Origin: Octopus vulgaris
Taxonomy: Eukaryota
NCBI GenBank assembly: GCA_951406725.2
Contig: CATOCA020000004.1
Coordinates: 434,001 to 498,000 of the forward strand
Reading direction: 5' to 3'
Length of the DNA stretch: 64,000 nt
The notes under the pieces are model-generated. The model was given only the letters and a program-made list of their open reading frames with translations. It had not been told where the DNA came from and ran no database searches. Positions within the stretch are counted from its first letter, which is position 1. Every line of letters begins with the position of its first letter. Made by a program: the position numbers and the translations under genes. Positions 39,800 through 52,219 of the stretch are shown one piece after another.

Positions 39800-41770
39800 A
39801 TAATTTTTAGACTGGGAAGGAATTGAAACCCAAACCACCATTTAACAGATAAAGCAGCAACAATGTTAACGGGAAAATAAAGATATTTCAATTTATTTCA
39901 GTTAATAACAAAAGAAAAAATTACTTTTTGACTGGGAAGGAATTGAAACCCAAACCACCATTTAACAGACAAAGCAGCAACAATGTTAAGGGGTAAAAAT
40001 AAAGATATTTAAATTTATTTCAGTTAATAACAAAAAAAAATTACTTTTTGACTGGGAAGGAATTGAAACCCAAACCACCATTTAACAGACAAAGCAACAA
40101 CAATGTTAAGGGGTAAAAATAAAGATATTTAAATTTATTTCAGTTAATAACAAAAAAAAATTACTTTTTGACTGGGAAGGAATTGAAATCCAAACCACCA
40201 TTTAACAGACAAAGCAACAACAATGTTAAGGGGTAAAAATAAAGATATTTAAATTTATTTCAGTTAATAACAAAAAAAAATTACTTTTTGACTGGGAAGG
40301 AATTGAAACCCAAACCACCATTTAACAGACAAAGCAACAACAATGTTAAGGGGTAAAAATAAAGATATTTAAATTTATTTCAGTTAATAACAAAAAAAAA
40401 TTACTTTTTGACTGGGAAGGAATTGAAACCCAAACCACCATTTAACAGACAAAACAGCATCAATGTTAAGGGGTAAAAATAAAGATATTTAAATTTATTT
40501 CAGTTAATAACAAAAAAAAATACTTTTTGACAGGGAAGGAATTGAAACCCAAACCACCATTTAACAGACAAAACAGCATCAATGTTAAGGGGTAAAAATA
40601 AAGATATTTAAATTTATTTCAGTTAATAACAAAAAAAAAATACTTTTTGACTGGGAAGGAATTGAAACCCAAACCACCATTTAACAGACAAAACAGCATC
40701 AATGTTAAGGGGTAAAAATAAAGATATTTAAATTTATTTCAGTTAATAACAAAAAAAAAATACTTTTTGACAGGGAAGGAATTGAAACCCAAACCACCAT
40801 TTAACAGACAAAACAGCATCAATGTTAAGGGGTAAAAATAAAGATATTTAAATTTATTTCAGTTAATAACAAAAAAAAAATACTTTTTGACTGGGAAGGA
40901 ATTGAAACCCAAACCACCATTTAACAGACAAAACAGCATCAATGTTAAGGGGTAAAAATAAAGATATTTAAATTTATTTCAGTTAATAACAAAAAAAAAT
41001 ACTTTTTGACAGGGAAGGAATTGAAACCCAAACCACCATTTAACAGACAAAGCAACAACTATGTTAAGGGGTAAAAATAAAGATATTTAAATTTATTTCA
41101 GTTAATAACAAAAAAAATTACTTTTTGACTGGGAAGGAATTGAAACCCAAACCACCATTTAACAGACAAAACAGCATCAATGTTAAGGGGTAAAAATAAA
41201 GATATTTAAATTTATTTCAGTTAATAACAAAAAAAAATTACTTTTTGACTGGGAAGGAATTGAAACCCAAACCACCATTTAACAGACAAAGCAACAACTA
41301 TGTTAAGGGGTAAAAATAAAGATATTTAAATTTATTTCAGTTAATAACAAAAAAAAATTACTTTTTGACTGGGAAGGAATTGAAACCCAAACCACCATTT
41401 AACAGACAAAGCAGCATCAATGTTAAGGGGTAAAAATAAAGATATTTAAATTTATTTCAGTTAATAACAAAAAAAAATTACTTTTTGACTGGGAAGGATT
41501 TGAAACCCAAACCACCATTTAACAGACAAAACAGCATCAATGTTAAGGGGTAAAAATAAAGATATTTAAATTTATTTCAGTTAATAACAAAAAAAAATTA
41601 CTTTTTGACTGGGAAGGATTTGAAACCCAAACCACCATTTAACAGACAAAACAGCATCAATGTTAAGGGGTAAAAATAAAGATATTTAAATTTATTTCAG
41701 TTAATAACAAAAAAAAATTACTTTTTGACTGGGAAGGAATTGAAACCCAAACCACCATTTAGCAGACAAA
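39800..41770. repeat. 120-bp satellite, about 16 copies (2-3 copies in the left arm)
   Basis: Sequence lines recur with a 120-bp period: actgggaaggaattgaaacccaaaccacca... Confidence 0.95.
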
Positions 41771-41810
41771 CCCAACTCACAGAAACAGAGTCAAAAAATG
41801 AGATATTTAA

Positions 41811-42012
41811 CCCTTTAGTGTTCAGATTATTCTATATAACATAATGCTTATTGATTCACATGCATTATCTCATATCTTCAAGATCTTGATGGTGTAATTA
41901 CCTAATGTAGAATAACATTGTAGGGTAGGTGTGAGAGCCTGGATCTGGTCAGTTTGAACATAAAACAGATTAAATATTTTGGCCGGATATGGCCGGTTTA
42001 AATACTAAAGGG
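41811..42012. mobile_element. piggyBac-type MITE
   Basis: TTAA|CCCTTTAGT...ACTAAAGGG|TTAA; empty TTAA site in the other arm at ~37275. Confidence 0.92.
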
Positions 42013-42585
42013 TTAAACCTATCCTAGCTGAAGATCAATAACCAATCACAGAAAAAGGTTTTACGTATCTCTGTTTCTTTGCTCTCCCAAATCAGGGATC
42101 TGTTTGGATGTCCTTGCAGATAGAGGAATTTCAAGAGCAGTGGAGTGGTGGGGGTGAGTTAAAGGAGGAATTACAACCGTGTTTTGTGGTCTACTACCAC
42201 AACAGCTCCTTTATAGGATCCAGTTAGCTCAAGACATCATCAGGAGGAACCACGTCCGCTTTCGGCCCCTACTCCTCTACCGCTTTGACGAGGCGGAGCC
42301 CCACCTTTCGGAGGTGTCTTCAGATCTGGTGTTGGGTGGTTCAGTCCCACTGCTTAGCACTCTAGGCGAGCACTTTCTACTTTAGCCCCAGATTGGTGAA
42401 CTTGTTAAATGGAAACTAAAACAATCCTCTCATATATATACTGAGGAATTACAACCGTGTTTCGTGGTCTGCTACCACAACAGCTCCTTTATAGGATCCA
42501 GTTAGCTCAAGACATCATCAGGAGGAACCACGTCCGCTTTCGGCCCCTATTCCTCTACCGGAGGTGTCTTCTGCTCTGGTGTTGG

Positions 42586-42912
42586 GTGCAGTTCTTTCAG
42601 CTATGGCACCCACTCCATACACAGCACAAATGTAGCGAGCAGCTTTCGCAGCCTATGAACCTTGATTAAAAGGTTTTCACTCAAAAAGAAGCAGGTGTTG
42701 AAAATGCTCGTTTTTCTTAACTTGACATCCCATTTTAATGATCTGAAAATAAACAAAAATTAATTATAATTAACTAGAAAAAACAAAAAAAACAAAATCG
42801 ATTCCAAAATGATACAAAGATAGAATTCTTGAAAAAAACTGTATTCCAAAATTTAAAAACGCAATAAATTCCAAAATTTAAAGAAATGGCGGGAACTTAG
42901 TTACCAACCCAA
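42586..42912 (-). mobile_element. mariner 5' end, mirror copy
   Basis: Reverse complement of 36538-36855, ending CTTAGTTACCAACCCAA|TA. Confidence 0.85.
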
Positions 42913-43112
42913 TATATGTGTGTGTGTGTATGTATGTGTATATATATATATATGCATGTGTGTGTATATATATATATATATGTGTGTGTGTGTATATGTA
43001 TGTGTGTGTGTGTGTATATATATGTGTGTGTGTGTGTATATATATGTGTGTGTGTATATATATATGTTTGTGTGTGTATGTATATATATGTCTGTGTATA
43101 TATATATATATA

Positions 43113-43163
<51 letters not shown>

Positions 43164-43208
43164 ATATATGTGTGTGTGTATATATATGTGTGTGTGTGTG
43201 TATATATA

Positions 43209-43377
43209 TGGAGGCGCAATGGCCCAGTGGTTAGGGCAGCGGACTTGCGGTCGGAGGATCGCGGTTTCGATTCCCAGACCGGGCGTTGTGTGTGTTTATT
43301 GAGCGAAAACACCTAAAAGCTCCAAGAGGCTCCGGCAGGGGATGGTGGTGATCCCTGCTGTACTCTTTCACCACTCT
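43209..43377 (+). mobile_element. SINE family 4 (tRNA head), right arm only
   Basis: ggcgcaatggcccagtggttagggcagcggacttgcggtcggaggatcgcggtttcgattccc. Confidence 0.75.
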
Positions 43378-44286
43378 AAAGGCGGTGCTGCAGCATGGCC
43401 GCAGTCAAATGACTGAAACAAGTACAAAAAAAAAATATATATATATATATGTGTGTATATATATATATCCATCCATCCATCCATCTTTCTGTCTGTGTGT
43501 CTACCTTTTACTTAACTTGGTTTATTGATAAAAGCAATGAATTAAATAACAGAAAGAAGACTTGTTGTTGATGGTGATGGGGTGATGATGATGGCAGTGA
43601 ATTGATTAAATCAAGTAAAATCCATTCAGAGCAAGTGATCCAGCATGGCCGTAGCCTAGTGACTGAATGTGGTCTTAGAAAAATAAAGGGAAGGACCAGC
43701 GTGGCTGTATGGTAAGAAGCTTGCCACGCAACCACATGGTTCCAGGTTCAGTCGCACTGCATGGCACGTGTCAGATTTGGCAAACGGAAACTGAAAGAAG
43801 CCCCTTGTATTTATGTGTGTGTGTGAGTGTGTCTATGTTTGCTCCCCATCGCGTTACCATCGCTAAAAAGCTAATAATGTTGGTGCGTTTACATCCCTGG
43901 AACTTAGCAGTTCGGCAAAATAGGCCGATAGAATGAGTACTAAGGCTTACAAAGAATATAGTCCTCGGGTCGATTTCTTCGACTAAAAGACCATTTAAGA
44001 CGGTGCTCCAACATGGCCAAAGTCAAATGACCGAAACAAGTAAAAGAATAAAAGAATATATATATATATACATAGGCGCAGGTGTGGCTGTGTGGTAAGT
44101 AGCTTGCTTACCGCGCAGGTGTGGCTGTGTGGTAAGTAGCTTGCTTACTGACCACATGGTCGCGGGTTCAGTCCCACTGTGTGGCACCTTGGGCAAGAGT
44201 CTTCTACTATAGCCTCGGACCGACCAAAGCCTTGTGAGTGGAATTGGTAAATGGAAACTAGAAGAAGCCCGTTGTATATGTGTATT

Positions 44287-44338
<52 letters not shown>

Positions 44339-44972
44339 TGTGTGTGTGTATGTTTGTGTGTCTGTGTTTGTCCTCCCAGCATCGCTTGACAACCGATGCT
44401 GGTGTGTTTACGTCCCCGTAACTTAGCGGTTCGGCAAATGATACCGATAGAATAAGTACTAGGCTTGCAAAGAATAAGAATATATATACATGAGTGAGTG
44501 TTTTTGTGTCTGTGTTTGTTCCCCCACCACCGCGTGACAACCGGTGTTGGTGTGTTTACGTCGCCGTAACTTCGCGGTTTGGAAAATAAAGAAATAGAAG
44601 AAATGCCAGGCTTTGGAAACAGAAAGAAAAAGAAAAAAGTTCTGAGGTTGGTTTAAAATTAAAAAAAAAAAAAACCCTTCTAATCGGTGCCCCAGCATGG
44701 CCGCAGTCGGACGACCGAAATACCTGAACGGTAAATGACAACAACATAGCTTTTAAATGCACACCCGCAACATTTAGGAATACACGCGGACACACAGACA
44801 CAACCGAACAGATTGGGGGGTATATATATATATATATACTGCCTATACGTATGCATACATATGTGTGTGTGTGTATATGTATGTGTGTGTATATATCACA
44901 ACTGCTTGTTTTGTCGTATATGGGGGTAACTGCGAGCGCGTATAAGGCGATTGTTTGGGAATATACAGGTGA

Positions 44973-44975
44973 ACA

Positions 44976-45074
<99 letters not shown>

Positions 45075-45139
45075 ACAGAGACACACACACAGACAAACAC
45101 ACACAGACACACGCACGCACACACACACACACACACAGA

Positions 45140-45198
<59 letters not shown>

Positions 45199-45340
45199 CA
45201 CACACACACACAAACACACACACAGACACACACACAGACACACACACACACAGACACACACACACAGACACACGCACGCACACACACACACACAGACAAA
45301 CACACACAGACACACACACACACAGACAAACACACACACG
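44973..45340. repeat. (CA)n microsatellite
   Basis: Direct. Confidence 0.95.
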
Positions 45341-45489
45341 AATAACCTTTCGTCGTTTCTCTTATTTTCTCTCAAATCCACACACACACACAAATATCAG
45401 CAATGTTATTTTAGCTGTGTGCATGTTGCATGTGTGTGTGTGTGTGTGTGGATTTGAGATAAGAAAAAAACGAGAGGTTATTCGTGTGT

Positions 45490-46280
45490 GTGAGAGAGAG
45501 AGAAAAGGGGAGAGAGAGATGGTGTGTATGTAAAGAGCTATCGAAAGAGAGAGAGATACAGATAGAGAGAGAGAAGGCGAGAGAGAGAAATGGATAGAGA
45601 GAGAGAGAGTGAAGAGAGAGAAATAGATTGAGAGAGAGGAGAGAGAAATAGATAGAGAGAGGGGGGAGAGAAATAGATAGATAGAGAGAGGGGGAGAGAA
45701 ATAGATAGAGAGAGAGGGGGGAGAGAAATAGATAGAGAGAGAGGGGGAGAGAAATAGATAGATAGAGAGAGAAATAGAGGTGGAGAGAGAGAAATAGACA
45801 GAGAGAGAGAGTTAGATAGATAGAGATAGTTAGATAGATAGAGAGAGGGAGAGAGAGCGAGAGAGAGAGTTAGATAGACAGACAGACAGAGATACATACA
45901 TAGATAGATAGAGAGAGAGAGAAATAGATAGAGAGAGGGAGAGAGATAGAGAGAGAGATGGTGTGTATGTAAAGAGCGATAAAAGAGAGAGAGAGAGAGG
46001 GAGAGAGAGAGGGAGAAAGCGAGGGAAAGAAAGAGAATACTTGTGAATATATCAGAGAGAAAGATATGTATGTGAGAGAGTGAGGGAGGGAGAGAAGGAG
46101 AGAAAAAAAGAGAACATTTGTGTGCATGAGAGAGAGAGAGAGAGTGAAAGAAGGAAAATGTGTGTGCGTTTATGAGAGAGAGTGACGCGAGGAGGGAGAG
46201 AGAGAGAGAGGATGAACGACAGAAAGAGGGTGTGTACACGTATGCGGTGAGAGAGAGAGAGAGAGAGAGAGGCAGAGAGA
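45490..46280. repeat. (GA)n/GATA purine tract
   Basis: Direct. Confidence 0.93.
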
Positions 46281-46381
46281 ATGTGTCTTTACAGATCTAT
46301 CAGTCTATCTATCGACCTGGGCCCTAAACACTTTAAACATTTGGCTGTCCCCTTATATATGGATTCAAAATATAAACAATA

Positions 46382-46705
46382 GGCGCAGGAGTGGCTGTGT
46401 GGTAAGTAGCTTGCTTACCAGCCACATGGTTCCGGGTTCAGTCCCACTGCGTGGCACCTTGGGCAAGTGTCTTCTACTATAGCCTCGGGCCAACCATTCC
46501 CTTGTGAGTGGATTTGGTAGACGGAAACTGAAAGAAGCCTGTCGTGGCTGTGTGGTAAGTAGCTTGCTAACCAACCACATGGCACCGGGTTCAGTCCCAC
46601 TGCGTGGCACCTTGGGCAAGTGTCTTCTACTATAGCCTCGGGCCGACCAATCCCTTGTGAGTGGATTTGGTAAATGGAAACTGAAAGAAGCCCGTCGTAT
46701 ATATG

Positions 46706-46754
<49 letters not shown>

Positions 46755-46955
46755 TTGTTCCCCTAGCATTGCTTGACAACCGATGCTGGTGTGTTTATGT
46801 CCCCGTTACTTAGCGGTTCGGCAAAAGAGACCGATAGAATAAGTACTGGGCTTACAAAAAAGAATAAGTCCCGGGGTCGAGTCGCTCGATTAAAGGCGAT
46901 GCTCCAGCATGGAGGCAGTCAAATGACTGAAACAAGTAAAAGAGTAAAAGAGTAA
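46382..46955 (+). mobile_element. SINE family 1 with duplicated head
   Basis: Two 5' halves, one tail. Confidence 0.9.
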
Positions 46956-47098
46956 ATAGCAGAAAACAAAAAATCAAATTTTGTTTTTCAAAACGAAACG
47001 AAAGAGAGAAAATAATGTTTGTTTTTGTATACTTTCAATTTATTTATATTTGAAAAGTTTTCTCCTGTTCCGTATTTACACAACTACATTCTTTAAAA

Positions 47099-47698
47099 TC
47101 TATACATATAAAATTGAAGTTACCTGTGGGTGGCAGGTTTGGTAGCCTTCAACTAACACTATCTCCCCCGAGACCCTGCGGCGCAAAGTTGACCAAAATT
47201 GAGAGTATGATAGAAGAAAGCTTGCTCTTACTTCCGTAGAAGAAAAAATTCAAATCGAACCATGTTAACACCAAAAATTATTTACATCAGAAAGGTGCTT
47301 TTTTTTCTATGAAAATCCCTATTTTTTACGATTTATAAAGCTGAAGTTGTCTGTGTGCACCAGGTTTGGTAGCCTTCAAATAACACTATCTCCCCCGAGA
47401 CCCTGCGGCACAAGTTGACCAAAATTGAGAGTATGATAGAAGAAAGCTTGCTCTTACTTCCGTAGAAGATAAAATTCAAATCAGACCATGTTAACACCAA
47501 AAATTATTTACATCAGAAAGGTGCTTTTTTTTCTATGAAAATCCCTATTTTTTGCGATTTTTTGACTGCTGTGTCGCCATTTTTCGGTGTATTTCAACCA
47601 AAAAAATGTTCACTTAAAGAGAATAACAAGCTACATAATGCCAAATTTTTACTTTTTAAAAATTCCAATTCTAAAGGGTCGAAACAAACCCGAGCAAT
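47099..47698 (+). mobile_element. Non-autonomous Helitron-like element with internal ~230-bp duplication, 3' end truncated
   Basis: A|TCTATACATATAAAA start; ends caaacccgagcaa, like the subterminal hairpin of 51164-51549. Confidence 0.65.
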
Positions 47699-47706
47699 GG
47701 GTTTCC

Positions 47707-47860
47707 ATATTTCGGGGTTATAACCACTTCTTCAGGACATTCGGAAAACCGGTAAGATGGAGAAGTTTGCCCGTCAGATGTGTTACACATCTGAGCAACG
47801 ACCTTTTCCAACTACTACTTTTCCGAATGTCCTGAAAAGGAGGTTATAACCCCGAAATAT
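47707..47860. repeat. Palindromic element with a degenerate hammerhead motif in each arm
   Basis: Centre cagatgtgt-t-acacatctg; arms read tgtcCTGAA(G/A)A.g.ggttataaccccGAAAtat outward. Confidence 0.8.
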
Positions 47861-48191
47861 AGAGCTACAAATTAAAAATGCTACTCTGCGACGGACACAC
47901 ATATATATATATAGACGTCGCATATATATGTATATAATTATATATATATATATGAATAAATCAAATATGTATGTATATATATATATATATGTGTATATAT
48001 ATATATATGTGTATGTATATATATATGTGTATGTATATATATGTGTATGTATATATATATATGTGTATGTATATATATATATATGTGTATGTATATATAT
48101 ATATGTGTATGTATATATATATATGTGTATGTATATATATATATATGTGTATGTATATATATATATATGTGTATGTATATATATATATGTG

Positions 48192-48238
<47 letters not shown>

Positions 48239-48277
48239 ATATATATATATATATGTATGTATATGTATATATATATA

Positions 48278-48758
48278 TTGGGGTCAACTAGAAAAGCTAA
48301 AACTCTATTCTCTCCAACGTCGTCGTGAGCGCTACATCATCTGCATGATGTGGAAAATATTCCATCAGCATTGCCCAAATGATGTTGGCATCACCTTTAA
48401 GGTACATCCAAGGCTTGGGCCCCGTGCCATCCGCCCAAAACAAAAATCGCACTCTCATCTCATAACAACAATACGGCACAATTATTTCACCTCAATTGGC
48501 CCCGCTCTCTTTAACATTACACCAAAAAACATTGAAACAGAAACTGACCCTATAGGGTTCAAGAAGTCTTTGGACAGATTCCTTCAAGAAATCCCGGATA
48601 AACCCCCTACACCCGGATATGTCTCTGTAAACAATAACTCTCTACTTGAGTGGGCCATAGTGCCCAAATTCTGACTTGAAAGACTTCACCAGGTGGTGCT
48701 ATTAAGTTAGACATGGCCTGGGCCAATAATGGCCGAAACCTATCAAAGTATCAAAGTA
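48278..48758 (+). mobile_element. 5'-truncated CR1/L2-group LINE (second family) in (TA)n
   Basis: [22 protein letters not shown]...[16 protein letters not shown] plus 3' UTR and (tatcaaag)n tail. Confidence 0.88.
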
Positions 48759-48794
48759 TATATGTATGTATGTATATATATGTATGTATGTATG

Positions 48795-48847
<53 letters not shown>

Positions 48848-48927
48848 GGGCATAGAGAGAGAGAGATAGAGGCAGAGAGAATATCCATATCTATATATAT
48901 AAAGACAGACATGAAAATATTTATCTA

Positions 48928-48966
<39 letters not shown>

Positions 48967-49212
48967 GTATAGATATGTGTACGTGTGTACTTACATGCGC
49001 ACAGGTATACGTGTGTGTATGGAGGTAAATAAAGACGTATTTACAAACGACAAAGTACATATGCACTCGTCATTATCAAATATTTCGCAACAATACGCGT
49101 CAGTGACGTAATCTCGAGTATTTCACCGACATTCTTACAGATATCCTCATACACACACATCGCATTATCATGCATTATGCTTATCAATATCTACACATGG
49201 ATATCATATATA

Positions 49213-49245
<33 letters not shown>

Positions 49246-49389
49246 ATATGTATGCTCTTTACTCTTTTACTTGTTTCAGTCATTTGATTGCGAACCGCTA
49301 GGTTACGGGGACATAAACACACCAGCATCGGTTGTCAAGCAATGCTAGAGGGACAAACGCAGACACACAAACACACACTCATACATATG

Positions 49390-49431
<42 letters not shown>

Positions 49432-49655
49432 TACGGCGGGCTTCTTTCAGTTTCCGTCTACCAAATCCACTCACAAGGCTTTGGTCGGCCCGAGGCTATA
49501 GTAGAAGACACTTGCCCAAGGTGCCACGCAGTAGGACTGAACCCAGAACCATGTGGTTCCGGGTTCAGCCACTCCTACGCCTATGTATAAATATATATAT
49601 ATATGTGTTTGTGTGTGTATGTATATATATATATATATATATTGATGCATGCATG

Positions 49656-49706
<51 letters not shown>

Positions 49707-50081
49707 AAATATACATTCATTTGTGTGTTGTATTATATCTATAAATAATTTGCGATTCGTGTGTGAGATTATATATCACAACATATATATGTATCTATGT
49801 TTGTATGTGAATGAATGATTGTTTGTATGTATATATATGAGTGGCTGTGTGGTATGTAGCTTGCTTACCAGCCACATGGTTCCGGGTTCAGTCCCACTGC
49901 GTGGCATCTGGGGCAAGTGTCTTCTGCTATAGCTCCGGGCCGACCAATGCCTTGTGAGTGGATTTGGTAGACGGAAACTGAAAGAAGCCCATCATATATA
50001 TATATTACGGGGACATAAACACACCAGCATCGGTTGTCAAGCAATGCTAGAGGGACAAACACAGACACACAAACACACACT

Positions 50082-50125
<44 letters not shown>

Positions 50126-50221
50126 TACGACGGGCTTCTTTCAGTTTCCGTCTACCAAATCCACTCACAAGGCTGGTGCACCGGCGATTATAATTAATTT
50201 TATTGTATCGCATTTAACTTT

Positions 50222-50267
<46 letters not shown>

Positions 50268-50483
50268 ATGTTTGTGTGTCTGTGTTTGTCCCCCTAGCAT
50301 TGCTTGACAACCGATGCTGCTGTGTTTACGTCGCCGTCACTTAGCGGTTCGGCAAAAAGAGACCGATAGAATAAGTACTGGGCTTACAAAAAAGAATAAG
50401 TCCCGGGGTCGATTTGCTCGACTAAAGGCGGTGTTCTAGCATGGCCACAGTGAAACGACTCTAACAAGTAAAAAGAAAATATG

Positions 50484-50517
<34 letters not shown>

Positions 50518-50717
50518 TGTGTGTGTACGCTTGTAATGTGTATGCGCGTGATTGTATTTATGCTTACGTGACTTCTAGAACTCATAGCAAATAAATTGGA
50601 TCGATTTGTTAAATGCTAGATTTCCAAATCAATACGGAGATCGATACGATCGGCTATACCTATCACTCTGTTACACCTTGACGACAGAACATATGTAGTG
50701 TACGTATATATATATAT

Positions 50718-50780
50718 CAGCGGTGGTGCCCCAACATGGCCGCGGCCTTCGGCCTAAAACATTTTTAAGGATTTAAGGAT
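50718..50780 (+). mobile_element. Extremely 5'-truncated copy of the 61690-64000 LINE
   Basis: cagcggtggtgccccaacatggccgcggccttcggcctaaaacatttttaaggatttaaggat, between TA repeats. Confidence 0.85.
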
Positions 50781-50834
50781 ATATATATATATATATATAT
50801 ATACATATTTATATATGTAGGTATGTATATATAG

Positions 50835-51012
50835 GTGCGAGGTGGGGGGTGGGTGTTAAGTAGCTTGCTAACCAACCACATGGTTCTGGGTTCAGTCCCA
50901 CTGCGTGGCATCTTGGGCAAGTGTCTTCTGCTATAGCCTCGGGCCGACCAATGCCTTGTGAGGGGATTTGGTAGACGGAAACTGAAAGAAGCCCGTCGTA
51001 TATATGTATGTA

Positions 51013-51055
<43 letters not shown>

Positions 51056-51640
51056 TTATTCCCCCAACATCGCTTGACAACCGATGCTGGTGTGTTAACG
51101 TCCCCGTAAGTTAATGTTTCAGCAAAAGAAACCGATAGCATAAGTACTAGGCTTATTAAAGAACTAGCAGTATCGCCCGGCGTTGCTCAGGTTTGTAAGG
51201 GAAATAACTATAAAGCATTTTTAGAGAGTTATAGCCAAAAAATAGCAAAAAAATGGAAAAAAAATGATGGTAAATCTTTTTTGAGAGTAAAAAAAAGGTG
51301 GAGTTGCGTCCCCTAGACAGTTTGCGGTTTGTGTTTCTGATTCTCGACCCCATGTCGAATTTATCGATTTTTTTCAGAACTGGGGGAACTTTTCAAAATT
51401 TTCGCTGCGTTAGTTTTGAATTATGACATTGGGCTATGTGTGTGTCAAGTTTCATCAGAATCGGTTGAAAGCCGTGGTCAGGGTGAGGGTACAAGCAAAC
51501 AGACACACAGAAACACGCACAGACAAACTGCCGTTTATATAGAGAGAGATAAGTCCTGGGGTCGATTTGCTCGACTAAAAGGCGATGCCCCAGCATGGCC
51601 GCAGTCAAATGACTGAAACAAGTAAGAGAGTAAAAAGCGT
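50835..51640 (+). mobile_element. SINE family 1 interrupted by a Helitron
   Basis: Removing 51164-51549 restores aaagaa|taagtcctgggg. Confidence 0.88.
51164..51549 (-). mobile_element. Non-autonomous Helitron
   Basis: Minus strand 5'-TC...cctgagcaacgccgggcgatactgCTAG-3', inserted at A|T with no TSD. Confidence 0.9.
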
Positions 51641-51661
51641 ATATATATATATATATATATA

Positions 51662-51929
51662 TATAATAACAATTTAATAAATAAAACATATGCATATATA
51701 CATACATATATGTACATACTTACATCTACATGTATATATACATGCATATATGAGTACAGGACACCACAAATAAACGTAGAACACAACGAGAAACGAAAAC
51801 ATAAAATCAAACAAGGAAACGGACTTTTTTTAACAACGAAAATACTGACTACAGGACAAACAATACAAGGAAAATTCCCCTTCTTCAGCTGCCCCTGTTT
51901 CGACTCAATGCGTGTTTCGAAGGTAAGAG

Positions 51930-51930
<1 letters not shown>
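51662..51930 (-). mobile_element. Dispersed repeat (possibly Penelope pLTR-like); inverted copy at 56866-57166
   Basis: Clear reverse-complement match; contains CTGAWGA. Confidence 0.6.
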
Positions 51931-51994
<64 letters not shown>

Positions 51995-52052
51995 CGGAGA
52001 TGTACTCGCATAGCAAGTGATTTGATCTGAGATCGTGTGCTGAAACGAAAGC

Positions 52053-52153
52053 AATTGCAGCGTGGAAGGTGTTTGTAAGCCATTTAAATGTTGAAGTGAA
52101 TCGAACGGCTTTTGTGTGTTTCTTAAATGGCTTACAAACACCTTCCACGCTGC

Positions 52154-52157
<4 letters not shown>
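52053..52157. repeat. Perfect 35-bp inverted repeat with 35-bp loop
   Basis: aattgcagcgtggaaggtgtttgtaagccatttaa at 52053-52087 and its reverse complement at 52123-52157. Confidence 0.92.

Positions 52158-52219
<62 letters not shown>

Larger units (their letters stand above)
34719..44478. repeat. Large inverted duplication (genomic palindrome)
   Basis: 34719-38820 matches the reverse complement of 38860-44478 block by block; spacer about 40 bp. Confidence 0.92.

Noticed and set aside
39800-41770. CRISPR-like repeat (ATTGAAAC motif)
   Set aside because: Whole 120-bp unit is repeated, with no spacers and no cas genes; eukaryotic context
43209-43285. tRNA genes (also 21562, 26341 and SINE1 heads)
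   Set aside because: No complete acceptor stem seen; heads run into SINE bodies
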